Source: Squalus acanthias
Taxonomy: Eukaryota
Length of the DNA stretch: 64,000 nucleotides
Reading direction: 5' to 3'
NCBI GenBank assembly: GCA_030390025.1
Contig: CM059425.1
Span: 260,710,001 to 260,774,000 of the forward strand
The stretch's first letter is position 1, and the number at the start of each line of letters is the position of its first letter. The position numbers and the translations under genes are program-made. Below are positions 38,240 through 49,455 of the stretch, piece after piece. The notes under the pieces are model-generated. The model saw only the letters and a list, made by a program, of their open reading frames with translations, was not told where the DNA came from and did no database searches.

Positions 38240-38367
38240 CTGGAGAAGCAGGTTTATGGTTTTCAGTCACATTTGGGGTCCATTTTTATCAATTTGAGCA
38301 GTAATTACTTCACTGATTATTTCCTCGTACCTGGTTTAAATCACAAAACAGCCAAAGATTGACGCAC

Positions 38368-38751
38368 CTTTTATTCTAATGAAGAGAATGATCCCCGTTA
38401 TCAGAAGGAGGAGAAATTTAGCTAGAGGGATCAGGCACAGCATCCCGATAATGAAATTCGAGTAGTTCCTGTCATCAGCGGGTAAGTGGATCTGACGGAC
38501 GTCACTCCCGTGTTCATTTGCAGCCACACAGCTGTAGTCCCCTCTCAGCGTTGGGTTCAGAATCTCTCCCACAGTTTGATGTTTGTCCGGCACTCGTGTG
38601 ACTGTCGTGCTACTGCTGTCCACGGGCAGTGCGTTGTTTTCAGGGTCGATCCATGTGATGTTTGCGGGTGGCTCCCCTTCAACCTTGCACACGATGGTTT
38701 CTCCAGTTATATTATCGGTCACAACCGACAGCTCCAGGATGGTGGCTGGAG
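38368..38751 (-). CDS. Gene B Ig C2-set + TM exon (384 nt, phase 1-1), TM contains Lys
   Basis: IVCKVEGEPPANITW...GDYSCVAANEHG; TM FIIGMLCLIPLAKFLLLLITGIILFI; same length as the gene A exon. Confidence 0.92.
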
Positions 38752-38844
38752 CTTGGGGAGGAAGGAAAGATGTAGATAAGTCCTTTGTGAATTGTTAAAA
38801 CTTAAGGAACATAAGACCTGGTTTCAGAATGGGCCATAAAGAAA

Positions 38845-39315
38845 GAAAGACTTGCATTTCTCCAGCGCCTTTCATGACCTCAGGATGTCCCAAAGTGCTT
38901 TACAGCCAATGAAATACTTTTGGAGTGTACTCACTGTTGTAATGTAGGAAACGCGGCAGCCAATTTGCGCAAAGCAAGCTCCCACAAATAGCAATATGAT
39001 AATGACCAGATAACGTGGTTTTAGTGATGTTGATTGATTGAGGGGTAAATATTGGCCAGGACACGGGGGATAATTCCCCTGTTCTTCTTCAAAATAGTGG
39101 CCGTGGGATCTTTTACGTCCACCTGAGAGAACAGACGGGGCCTCGGTTTGACGTTTCATCAGAAAGACGGCACCTCTGACAGTGCAGCACTCACTCAGTA
39201 CTATATTGAAGTGTCAGACTAGATTTTTGTTCTCAAATCTCTGGAGTGGGACTTAAACCCACAACTTTCTGACTCAGAGGCGAGAGTGCTGCCCACTGAG
39301 CCACTGGCTGACACA
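38845..39315 (-). mobile_element. DeuSINE (SacSINE1-like)
   Basis: Reverse complement of the 31741 element. Confidence 0.8.
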
Positions 39316-39383
39316 ACTCCATGGTTTCTAATCTCGAGTCTTATCTGCGGCTCGCTAATTATAAACTCGTGTCAAAGTTGAAT

Positions 39384-40616
39384 TTTTTGATGAAGTAACA
39401 GGGGGGATCGATGAAGGGAATGCAACAGATGTTGTCTACATGGATTTTCGGAAGGCGTTTGACAAAGTACCACATAGAAGGCTGGTTAACAAAATTGAGG
39501 CTCATGGAATAGGTGGGTCAGTGGCAGCTTGGAAAAGGAATTGGCTTAAATACAGAAAACAGTGAATTGTGGTAAATGGCTGTTTTTCAGACTGGAGGAT
39601 GGTAGACAGTGGTGTTCCCCAAGGGTCAGTGCTGGGGCCACTGCTTTTTTTGATATATATAAATGACTTGGATATTGGAATACAGAGTAGAATTTCTAAA
39701 TTTGCCGATGACACCAAACTTGGAGGTGTGGCAAACAGTGAGGATGATACCAATCGACTGCAACAGGACATAGAAAGGCTGGCAGAATGGGCAGACAAGT
39801 GGCAGATGGAATTTAATACAGAGAAGTGTGAGGTGATGCATTTTGGCAGAAGGAACAGGGAGAGGCAATATACACCTAATGGCACACTTTTAAAGAGTGT
39901 GCAGGGACAGAGGGACCTGGGAGTTAATGTGCATAGGTCCCTGAAGGTGGCGGGACATATTGAGAGAGTGGTTAACAAAGCATATGGGATCTTGGGCTTC
40001 ATAAATAGAGGTATTGAGTGCAAAAGTAGAGAAGTTATGCTGAACCTTTATAAAGCGCTGGTTAGGCCACAACTGGAGTATTGCATCCAGTTCTGCTCAC
40101 CACACTTTAGGAAGGATGTGAAGTCCCTTGAGAGGGTGCAGAGGGGATTTACCAGAATGGTTCTGGGGATGGTGGATCTGAGCTACAAGGACAGGCTGGA
40201 GAAGCTGGATTTGTTTTCATTTGAGCAAAGGAGGTTGAGGGGTGATTTGATGGAGGTGTACAAGATTATGACGGGTTTGGATAGGCGAGACGGGGAAAGG
40301 CTGTTCCCACTAGTTGATGGTACAAGGACTAGGGGACACAGATTTAAGGTTTTGGGCAAGTGATACAGGGGGGACGTGAGGAAAAACTTTTTTACGCAGC
40401 GAGTGGTGAGGACCTGGAATTCGCTGCCGATGGAAGTGGTGGAAGCGGAGACACTCAATGTTTTCAAGGGGAGACTGGATAGGCACTTGAGGGAAATAAA
40501 CTTGCAGGGCTACGGGGATAGAGCGGGGGGAATGGGACTGACTGGATTGCTCTACAGAGAGCTGGCACAGACTCGATGAGCCAAATGGCCTCCTTCTGTG
40601 CTGTTATGACTCTATG
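39384..40616 (+). mobile_element. CR1 LINE, 5' truncated (~1.2 kb), RT C-terminal half with stops
   Basis: SGVPQGSVLGPLLFLIYINDLD...KFADDTKL...LVRPQLEYC; (TATGACTC)-type tail. Confidence 0.92.
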
Positions 40617-42850
40617 ACATGCTCGCATCTACACTCTCCATTCAGCTAAACTTCACGCCTTGGATAATGCCTTCTCAGGAATATATGTTCAATTTGGCGA
40701 ATCTCATTTCATGAAGGATATATTGTATTGAGCTTAGTGGGGGTGGTACCAGGATACCAGGACTTAAAGGAGTAAATAATGACGACAGGTTGCATAAACC
40801 TGGGTTGCATTCCCTTAAGTTTAGAATTTTAATTGAGGTTTAAAATGGTGAAAGGATTCGACAGAGTAGATAAAGAGAAATTATTTCCTCTGGTGGAGGA
40901 GTCCAAAATAATGGGGCGTAACCTTAAAATTAGAACCATGCCATTCAACAACAAAAACAATAACTTGCATTTATGTAGCGCCTTTAATGTAGTAAAACAT
41001 CCCGAGGTGCTGGACAGTAAAATATGACACCGAGCCACATAACGAGGTATTAGGAATGTGACCAAAGTTCACAGATGTAGGTATTAAGGATTGTCTTAGA
41101 GGAGGAAAGGGAGGTAGAGAGGTGGAGAAGTTGAGGGAGGGACTTCCTGAGGTTGGGGCCCAGGCAGCTGAAGGCGCGGCGGACCAGGAGCCAGTGTAGG
41201 TCAGCGAGCACAGGGGGTGATGGGTGAACGGGACTTGGTGCGAGTTAGGACACGGGGCAGCAGAGTTTGGATGAGCTCAAGTTTACGGAGGGTGGAATGT
41301 GGGAGGCCGGGCAGGAGTGTGTTGGAATAGTCAAGTCTAGAGATAACAGAGGCATGGATGGGGGTTTCAGCAGCAGATGAGCTGAGGCAGGGGCAGAGTC
41401 GGGCGATGTTACGGAGGTGGAAGTAGGAGGTCTTGGTGATGAAGAGGATATGTGGTCGGAAGCTCAGCTCGAGGTCAAAGCCTCAGACAGTTGGTGGCTG
41501 GGGAAAGGAGTTTGTGGCGGGGACCGAAGACAATGGCTTCAGGAATGAAATCAGGAAGTGCTTTTACACACAAAGGGTGGTGGAAGTCTGGAACACTCCC
41601 CCCAAAAGTCTGTAGATGATGGGGGACAATTGGAGCTTTCAAGACTGAGAAGATAGATTTTTTTTTAGATAAGGGTATGGGGCAAAGGTGGGTAGATGGA
41701 GTTGAGGTACAGATGAGCCATGATTTAGTTGAATGGCGGAGCAGGCTGCTGGGCTTGAATGGCCGACCCCTGTTCCTATGTTCCATTAACTGCTTTGACT
41801 GGGAGTCTTTTCTACATCTCCATTATTCTTTGAGTTGTTTCTAATCTCGAATCCTGCCTGAGGCTTGTTAATTATATGCTCGTGCCCAAGTTGAATAACA
41901 TGTTCGCATCTACGTAAGTTTGAGCTCATCTAAAACTCTGCTCCCGTGTCCTACCTCGCACCAAGTCCCGTTCACCCATCACCCCTGCGCTCACTGACCT
42001 ACATCGGCTCCCGGTTAAGCAACACCTTCAAGTTAAAATTCTCATCCTTGTTTCAAATCTCTCCATGGCCTCGCCCCCTCCCTATGTCTGTAACGCCATC
42101 CCTACAACCCTCTGTGATCTCTGCGCTCCTCCAATTCTAATCGATAAGTAGATGGGTGGTGGAAGCAGATTCAATAATAACTTTCAGAGGGGAATTGGAT
42201 ATATAATTGAAGGGGAAAAAAATTGCAGGGCTGTGGGGAAAGAGCAGGGGGAGTGGGACTAATTGGATCGCTCTTTCAAAGAGCCGGCACAGGCAGGATG
42301 GGCCGAATGGCCTCCTTCTGTGCTGTAATGATTCTTTGATTCTATGAAGTAGTTTTTTTTGCCTTAGTGCACAGTACAGTACATTCACTCCCTCCACCAC
42401 CGGCGCACCATGGCTGCAGTGTGTACCATCTACAGGATGCACGGCAGCAACTCGCCAAGGCTCCTCCCAAACCCGCGACCTCCACCGCCAATAAGGACGA
42501 GGGCAGCAGGTACATGGGACCACCTCCAAGTCACACACCATTCCAGCTTGGACAGATATAATCGCCATTCCTTCATCGTCGCTGGGTCAAAACCCAGGAA
42601 CTCCCTCCCTAACAGCACTGTGGGAGTACCTTCACCACACGGACTGCAGCGGTTCAAGAAGGGGGCTCACCACCACCTTCTCAAGGGCAACTAGGGATGG
42701 GCAATAAATGTCGGCCTTGCCAGCGACGCCCACATCCCGAGAATGAGTGAAAAAAACCACCATTAAAAACATTCAATGACCAGATGAGAAAATACATAAA
42801 TGGTCAAAAGTCATGTTTTCCTGTTGTCATTGACGTAGATGTTTCCTTAC

Positions 42851-43219
42851 CAACAACCTGTAGTCTCATCACATCCTGAGTCACGTTTTCCCCTCGCTCA
42901 TTCTCGATGTGCACGTGACAGAAGTAGTCGCTGGTGTCGTTCAGCCCCAGGTCCCTCATCCTTATGGAGGCGTCTCCTTGGGTTGGGTTTCTGATCAGCT
43001 CATATCGATCTCCTTGATTTACACTAACTGTGTCAGTATAGTGAGAACCAGCGGCAAGGAAACGAGTGTGATTAAAAACAGTGGACTCTTGGCATGGATT
43101 CTCCTTCATCCAGAGGACAGTGATGGAGCTCGGATACCGGCCAGGGGGACTGAAGGTGCAGGGCAGTGTGGCAGAATCTCCCTTCTTCCCAGTCACTGGT
43201 CGGGTATTGTTCTTATCAG
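42851..43219 (-). CDS. Gene B second Ig V-set exon (369 nt, phase 1-1)
   Basis: SATLPCTF...W...NPTQGDASI...DTSDYFCHVHI; acceptor ttctctacctcag, donor gtaagg. Confidence 0.9.
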
Positions 43220-43374
43220 CTGAGGTAGAGAACGGTTTTGAAGAATGGACATTATTCATTAGCACAGTGCATTAAACACAGTTTACACTACGTTTGCATG
43301 TGTGGCGATATTCTCTGAAACAGAAAGTGAGGCATCTTTACAACAAATATAAAGGACTACTTCCCCTCCAATAA

Positions 43375-43843
43375 AAAGAAAGACTTGCATTTCTACAGCA
43401 CCTTTCATGACATCAGGACGTCCCAAAGCGCTTTACAGCCAATGAAGTACTTTTGAAGTGTAGTCACTGTTGTAATGTAGGAAACGAGGCAGCCAATTTG
43501 CACACAGCAAGCTCCCACAAGCAGCATTGTGATAATGACCAGATAATCTGTTTCTCAGTGATGTTGGCTGAGGGATAAATATTGGCCAGGACACCTGGGG
43601 AGAACTCCCCTGCTCTTCTTCGAATATTGCTGCGGGATCTTTTACGTCCACTTCAGAGAGCAGACGGGGCCTCGGTTTAACGTCTCATCTGAAAGACGGC
43701 ACCTCCGACAGTGCAGCACTCCCTCAGCACTGCACTGGGTGTGTGTGCCTGGATTATGGGCTCAAGTCCCTGGAATGGGACTATGAACCCACAACCTTCT
43801 GACTCAGAGGCAAGAATGCTACCCACTGAGCCACAGCTGACAC
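43375..43843 (-). mobile_element. DeuSINE (SacSINE1-like)
   Basis: Reverse complement of the 31741 element. Confidence 0.8.
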
Positions 43844-44683
43844 AGAGAAGGCTAAGATGAGATTTATTCAAGGTTTTTTAAAATTATAAAGAGTTTTGAT
43901 AGAACATAAGAACTTAAGAATTAGGAGCAGGAGTCGGCCATACGGCCCATCGAGCCTGCTCCGCCATTCAATAAGACCATGGTAAATTTTTACATTAACT
44001 CCACTTTCCCGCCCGATCCCCATATCCCTTGATTCCCTTAGTGCCCAAGAATCTATCGATCTCCGCCTTGAATATACTCAACGACTGAGCATCCTCAGCC
44101 CTCTGAGGTAGAGAATTCCAAAGATTCACAACCCTCTGAGTGAAGAAATTTCTCCTCATCTCAGTCCTAAATGGCCGACCCCTTATTCTGAGACTGTGAC
44201 CCCTGGTTCTAGACTCTCCAGCCAGGGGAAACATCCTCCCTGCATCTACCCTGTCAAGCCCTCTAAGAATTTTGTATGTTTCAATGAGATCACCTGCCAT
44301 TCTTCTAAACTCCAGAGGATATAGCCCATTCTATTCAATCTTTTTGAATAGTGGTCATGGGATCCTTTACGTCCACCTGAGAGGGCAGACGGGCCTCAGT
44401 TTGTCTCATCCGAAAGACAGCACCGAGCCACATAAGGAGATATTAGAAAAGGTGACCAAAAGCTTGGGTCAAAGAGGGCGGTTCACATGATGGGGCTCAG
44501 GGGGCGGATATGCATGAAAAGGAAAAATTTACAGGGCTATGGGGAAAGAGCCGGGGAGTGGGACTAATTGGACAGCTCTTTCAAAGAGCCGGCACAGGCA
44601 CACTGGGCCAAATGGTCTCCTTCTGTGTTGGATGATTCTATGACCCCAATTATCTGATTTTCCAGCTTTAAACAATTCCTCAC

Positions 44684-45079
44684 CTGATACAAGAATTGTT
44701 TGAAACAAGCTTTGGGATGTTTGATTCGAATATTCCTGGAGATCCACAAGGCAAATATATTGTTGATAGTTATCGCGTAGAGTCAATGATTTAATGATGA
44801 TGGAAGCGTCGTTCTCCCTCGGGTTTCCCATCACTCGGTAGCGCTCGTCCAAATTCTGATGGATCAGATTCTCAAACCCATTGCTCTGCGAGTTGAGCGA
44901 CGGATAATTTGTGTAACTAAAAAGCGTCACATTTATCCACCTTTCCTTCCAGGTGACGGTGATGTTGCCTTGATATCCAGGGTGAGGGTGAGTGAACTTG
45001 CAGAACAGAACAACAGACTTCCCTTCCCTACCCGTCACCCTATCTGGGGTCTCCATACTCCAGTTATACTCACCGAAAC
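44684..45079 (-). CDS. Gene B first Ig V-set exon (396 nt, phase 1-1), Siglec-15-like
   Basis: WSMETP...VLFCKFTHPHPGYQGNITVTWK (Siglec-15 has LPCTFTHPH)...GNPRENDASI...YICLVD; acceptor ttcttatgcctcacag, donor gtgagg. Confidence 0.9.
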
Positions 45080-46754
45080 CTGTGAGGCATAAGAAAAAAT
45101 CGTAAAAAGCACAGAATTAGTAAAAGACCTTCCATCAAGCTTCATACGATGTGCAATCTGAAATAGGATGCACTGCAGCAACTCGCCGAGGCTTCTTCGG
45201 CAGCACCTCCCAAACCAGCCACCTCTTCCACCTAGAAGGACAAGGGCAGCAGCTGCATGGGAACACCACCACCTCCAAGTTCCCCTCCAAGTCACACACC
45301 ATCCTAACTTGGAAATATATCGCCAATCCTTCATCGCCACTGGGTCAAAATCCTGGAACTCTCTCCCTAACTGTGGAGATACCTTCATCACACGGTTCAA
45401 GAAGGCGGCTCACCACCACCATCTCGAGGGCAACTAGGGATGGGCAATAAATACCGGCCTTAATCAAGAAAAAGCTCTTTCCTTCCAAATGACTCTACCC
45501 AACGTTTTGTAAATCACCTCCCTGGTCTGTATTGGATGATGTGCTCAAGTCTCTGGAGTGGGGACTTGAACTCATGATCTTCTGACTCAGAGGCGAGAGT
45601 GGTGCCCACTGAGTCAAGGCTGACCACCTCTAGAATGAAAGGGGCTACATCTGAACAGCCCAGCTCGTAAACTTGCTTTGAGCAGTGAAAAGGCCAGTTT
45701 GGGAATTCCAGTGCAAGATGAACATGCTGGGAAATACAACAGTGGATGAGAATCATTTACTGGATGGCAGATCCATTTAGCTCAAAGTCATTCAGCACAT
45801 TCCGGATTATAATATGGCAGCCTGTGTAGGGTCAGTGTTCCGACTTCACGCTCCTGGCTGGGAGCCACCAATGGTGGGAAAGTTGTGTGCTGTACGTACC
45901 TTTCTAGGCCCTTGCTCTCCTGAGACCCTGTACTCATTTTACTCATCTCATCTAAAGCACTGGACGTGGTTATGATGAGGGGAAAAGATTTATTGCAGCA
46001 AAAAGTACAGGTAACAAAGCACAGTACAATAACTCTAGCCGACAACCATGAAGCCCAGCTCACACAGTGTGTCAACCGTAGTATTGCGTTATACTCCATC
46101 TGGAGTAACTGCGTTCAGTTCTGGGCACCGCACCTCAGGAAGGATATATCGGCCTTGAAGGGGGTGCAGCGCAGATTCACCAGAATGGTACCGGGGCTAC
46201 AAGGGTTAAATTACAAGGACAGGTTGCATAAACTAGGCTTGTGTTCCCTTAAATATAGAAGATTAAGGGGTGAACTAATGGAGGTGTTTAAGATGATTAA
46301 AAGGAGTTGATAGGGTAGATAGAGAGAAACTATTCCCTCTGGTGGGGGGGGAGTCCAGAACAAGGGGGAATAACCTTAAAATTAGAGCCAGGCCGTTCAG
46401 GGGTGATGTCAGGAAGCACTTCTTCACACAAAGGCTAGTGGAAATCTGGAACTCTCTCCCCAAAAAGCTGTCGAGGCTGGGGGTCAATTGAAAATTTCAA
46501 AACTGAGATGGATAGATTTTTTTGTTAGGAAAGGGTATTAAGGGTTAGGGAGCCAAGGCGGGTGGATGGAGTTAAGATACAGATCAGCCACGATCTAAGG
46601 TGGAACAGGCTCGAGGGACTGAATGGCCTCCTCCTGTTCCTATGTTCCTAAGTTACACCACCTTGTGGGCAAACACTACTCCTAACAATTCATCCTTACA
46701 GTATAGGTTTACTCATTTTGTTTACCTGTGTAGTCAGAATGAAAGAAAACAGGA

Positions 46755-47520
46755 GTGAGTGAGAGACACAGGAGACAAAGAGAGAGTGAGACGGGAAAAC
46801 AGAGAGAGTGAGTGAGGGGAGAGAGCGCAAGAACTGCAGAGAGGAAGGAGAGACAGAGACAGAGACAGGGAGAGGGCAAAAGAAGAGAGCAAGAGAGAGA
46901 AAGAGATACTGAGGAGAGCAAAGGGTAAGAAAGTGAAAGAGGAAAAAGTGAGACTGAAAGAAGAGGGAGAGAGAGAAACAAGAGAAATAAAGGAGAGAGA
47001 GGGAAGACAGAAAGAGGAGAGGGGGGGAGTGAAAAAGGAGAGGGCAGGGGAGAAGATGAGTAAAGGAGAGGAGTGAGAGAGAGGCAAGGAGCGAAAGAAA
47101 GCAGAGATGAGAAGAGAAAGGATTGGGAAAGGAGAGGAGAGAGAAAGGCACTGAGAGAAAGAGAGATAGAGAGCATGAGAGAGAGACAGAGAGAAAGAAA
47201 GAGATAGAGAAAGAGAGAAAAATAAAAAGTGAAAGAAAAGAGATAGTGAAAGAGAGAGNNNNNNNNNNNNNNNNNNNNNNNNNNNNNNNNNNNNNNNNNN
47301 NNNNNNNNNNNNNNNNNNNNNNNNNNNNNNNNNNNNNNNNNNNNNNNNNNNNNNNNNNNNNNNNNNNNNNNNNNNNNNNNNNNNNNNNNNNNNNNNNNNN
47401 NNNNNNNNNNNNNNNNNNNNNNNNNNNNNNNNNNNNNNNNNNNNNNNNNNNNNNNNNNNNNNNNACAAAGATATAGACAGAGACAGATAGAGAACAAGAG
47501 ACAGAGACAGATGGAGAGCC
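46755..47520. repeat. GA-rich low-complexity tract with N runs
   Basis: Directly visible purine-rich strand. Confidence 0.9.
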
Positions 47521-49249
47521 NNNNNNNNNNNNNNNNNNNNNNNNNNNNNNNNNNNNNNNNNNNNNNNNNNNNNNNNNNNNNNNNNNNNNNNNNNNNNNNN
47601 NNNNNNNNNNNNNNNNNNNNNNNNNNNNNNNNNNNNNNNNNNNNNNNNNNNNNNAAAGCCAAAAGGCTAAAGAGTAAGGGAACAAGCGAGACCAGCTGCA
47701 CCTCCACAGATTTACAGGATGGTTGTGAATGTGACGCTGGGGTGGGTCCCTGAAACGAAGCTAGTTTGGGTTGAGTCGGTTGGAATGCCTGGATAGGCAG
47801 GGGCTGGCACTCTGGGAGAGTGGGGTCGGGACAGGACGAAGCACCTCCTTCATCCCAGCCTATCTTCTGATCTTGCGAATTCCAGCTGATCAAAGAGGCT
47901 ATTCTGATGCACATCGAGCTGCCTCTGATTGTAAAACCATCCCACGCTCCTCGGGTGCGATCAACAAACAACCCTTTTTGTGAACGTTCCTGGAGTTACC
48001 TGGACCATTGCGCGACCCTGGAACCTCCAGCCCCATTCCTCATCAGCCACTGACCCAGTTCTTTTCTTTTTGGGAGTATTTAATGGGTCAGCTCGTGTTA
48101 TTTTGTTTTTGTTGTGTGTCCCATTGCCCGTATCCATTACTCTGGGAAATCTCCTGCTCTCCCCTGAGACCTGCTGATTTGTACAGCAGTCCCTGTTAGT
48201 TCCACTCTCCCAGCCCACCTTCAATGGCCTCTTTATAGCGACAGTGTCCCTCTGCGTCTCCATCGCGGCGTCTCTCAATCTTGTCTCCAATGACAATCAG
48301 AGTTTCTGCAGACCCGGCAGTTTATGGGATGGGCGTGTACTCTTTTTGAGCAACCCACAAACAAACAAACTATAACTAAACTGAAAACGTTAAATGAAAC
48401 TTAGCAAATTAAATTCAAATTTGTTTTCTGGTGGGGGCGGGGGGTGATGATGCACTCCAGTCCCTGCGGTGCCCACCGGTCGCGGAAGTCCTTGAGCGTG
48501 CTCCATCTCCAGGGCCACCCGGGCGCCAACGTGGCCGCGGATGTAGAGGCAGGCAGTCAGGCTGAACAACCCCCCCTCGACCGCCCGATGGGATGGGGTG
48601 TAGGGCAACCAATGGCAGGAACGGGGGCGGGAGGTGGGGTGGGAGAGGCTGTCGGAGGACATGGGACCCAACCTCCAGGAATACGTCCGAGCAGAGTTGG
48701 CGACCGTAATTAAGCGACTCTGCTCGTCCAAAGACCTTGCTCACCGGTGACGCTCATCCTGCAACTCGCTGCCCCGGCGAGCTGTCACTGGCACCGCTGC
48801 TGCTGGTGGCGGTGAATCACCAAGGTCAAACAAGGGCAGCATTGCCTCATGGGTGGAGGAGAGGAGGGGGGGGGGTGCAATGCATGGCATCAGGCAAGGG
48901 GGCAGCATCACCCAGACCCCCCGTCACCGTACCACCCCTAACCCCAGGCCTGGTGACAACAGCGGACACATCTAATGGATACCGTGCCCATCCAAAGCAC
49001 CCAGACCTGCCCCACCACCCCCCACCCCCCCTCTCCAACCCAGGCCAGCAGAATGGGTCTCAATTTTTAAAGTGATTCATTTTGGTAGAAAGAATGAAGA
49101 GACGCAATATAAACTAAAGGGTATAATTTGAAAGGGGGGTGCAGGATCAGAGAGGCCTGAAGGTGGATGTACACACATCTTTGAACATGGCAGAACAAGT
49201 TGAGGAGGCTGTTAAAAAAGCATGTGGGATCCTTGGCTTTATTAACAGA

Positions 49250-49455
49250 TGTGAGAAGTCGCACAACACCAGGTTATAGTCCAACAGCTTTATTTGAAAT
49301 CACAAGCTTTCGGAGCGCTGCTCCTTCATCAGGTGACGAAGGAGCAGCGCTCCGAAAGCTTGTGATTTCTATTAAAGCTGTTGGACTATAACCTGGTGTT
49401 GTGCGACTTCTCACATTTGTCCACCCCAGTCCAACACCGGCATCTCCACATCATG
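49250..49455. mobile_element. Penelope-like non-autonomous palindromic insert inside a CR1 fragment
   Basis: ~85-bp inverted arms (49245-49420); 12-bp direct repeat TTTATTAACAGA at 49238-49249 and 49456-49467. Confidence 0.8.
49300..49336 (-). ncRNA. Minimal type I hammerhead ribozyme motif
   Basis: Minus strand: UCAC-CUGAUGA-A-GGAGC-AGC-GCUCC-GAAA-GCUU-GUGA; core boxes present and stems I and II pair. Confidence 0.75.

Noticed and set aside
39569-40363. Reverse transcriptase ORF as a retron, DGR or host gene
   Set aside because: 5'-truncated CR1 LINE with in-frame stops and many sibling fragments in the window
22322-45079. Assigning the symbol SIGLEC15 to gene A or B
   Set aside because: Each has only some Siglec-15 hallmarks; orthology needs phylogeny and synteny
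7138-47654. N runs (7138-7295, 8403-8585, 9542-9686, 47259-47464, 47521-47654) as biological features
   Set aside because: All fall in or next to low-complexity tracts; they are masking or assembly gaps and only limit what can be read
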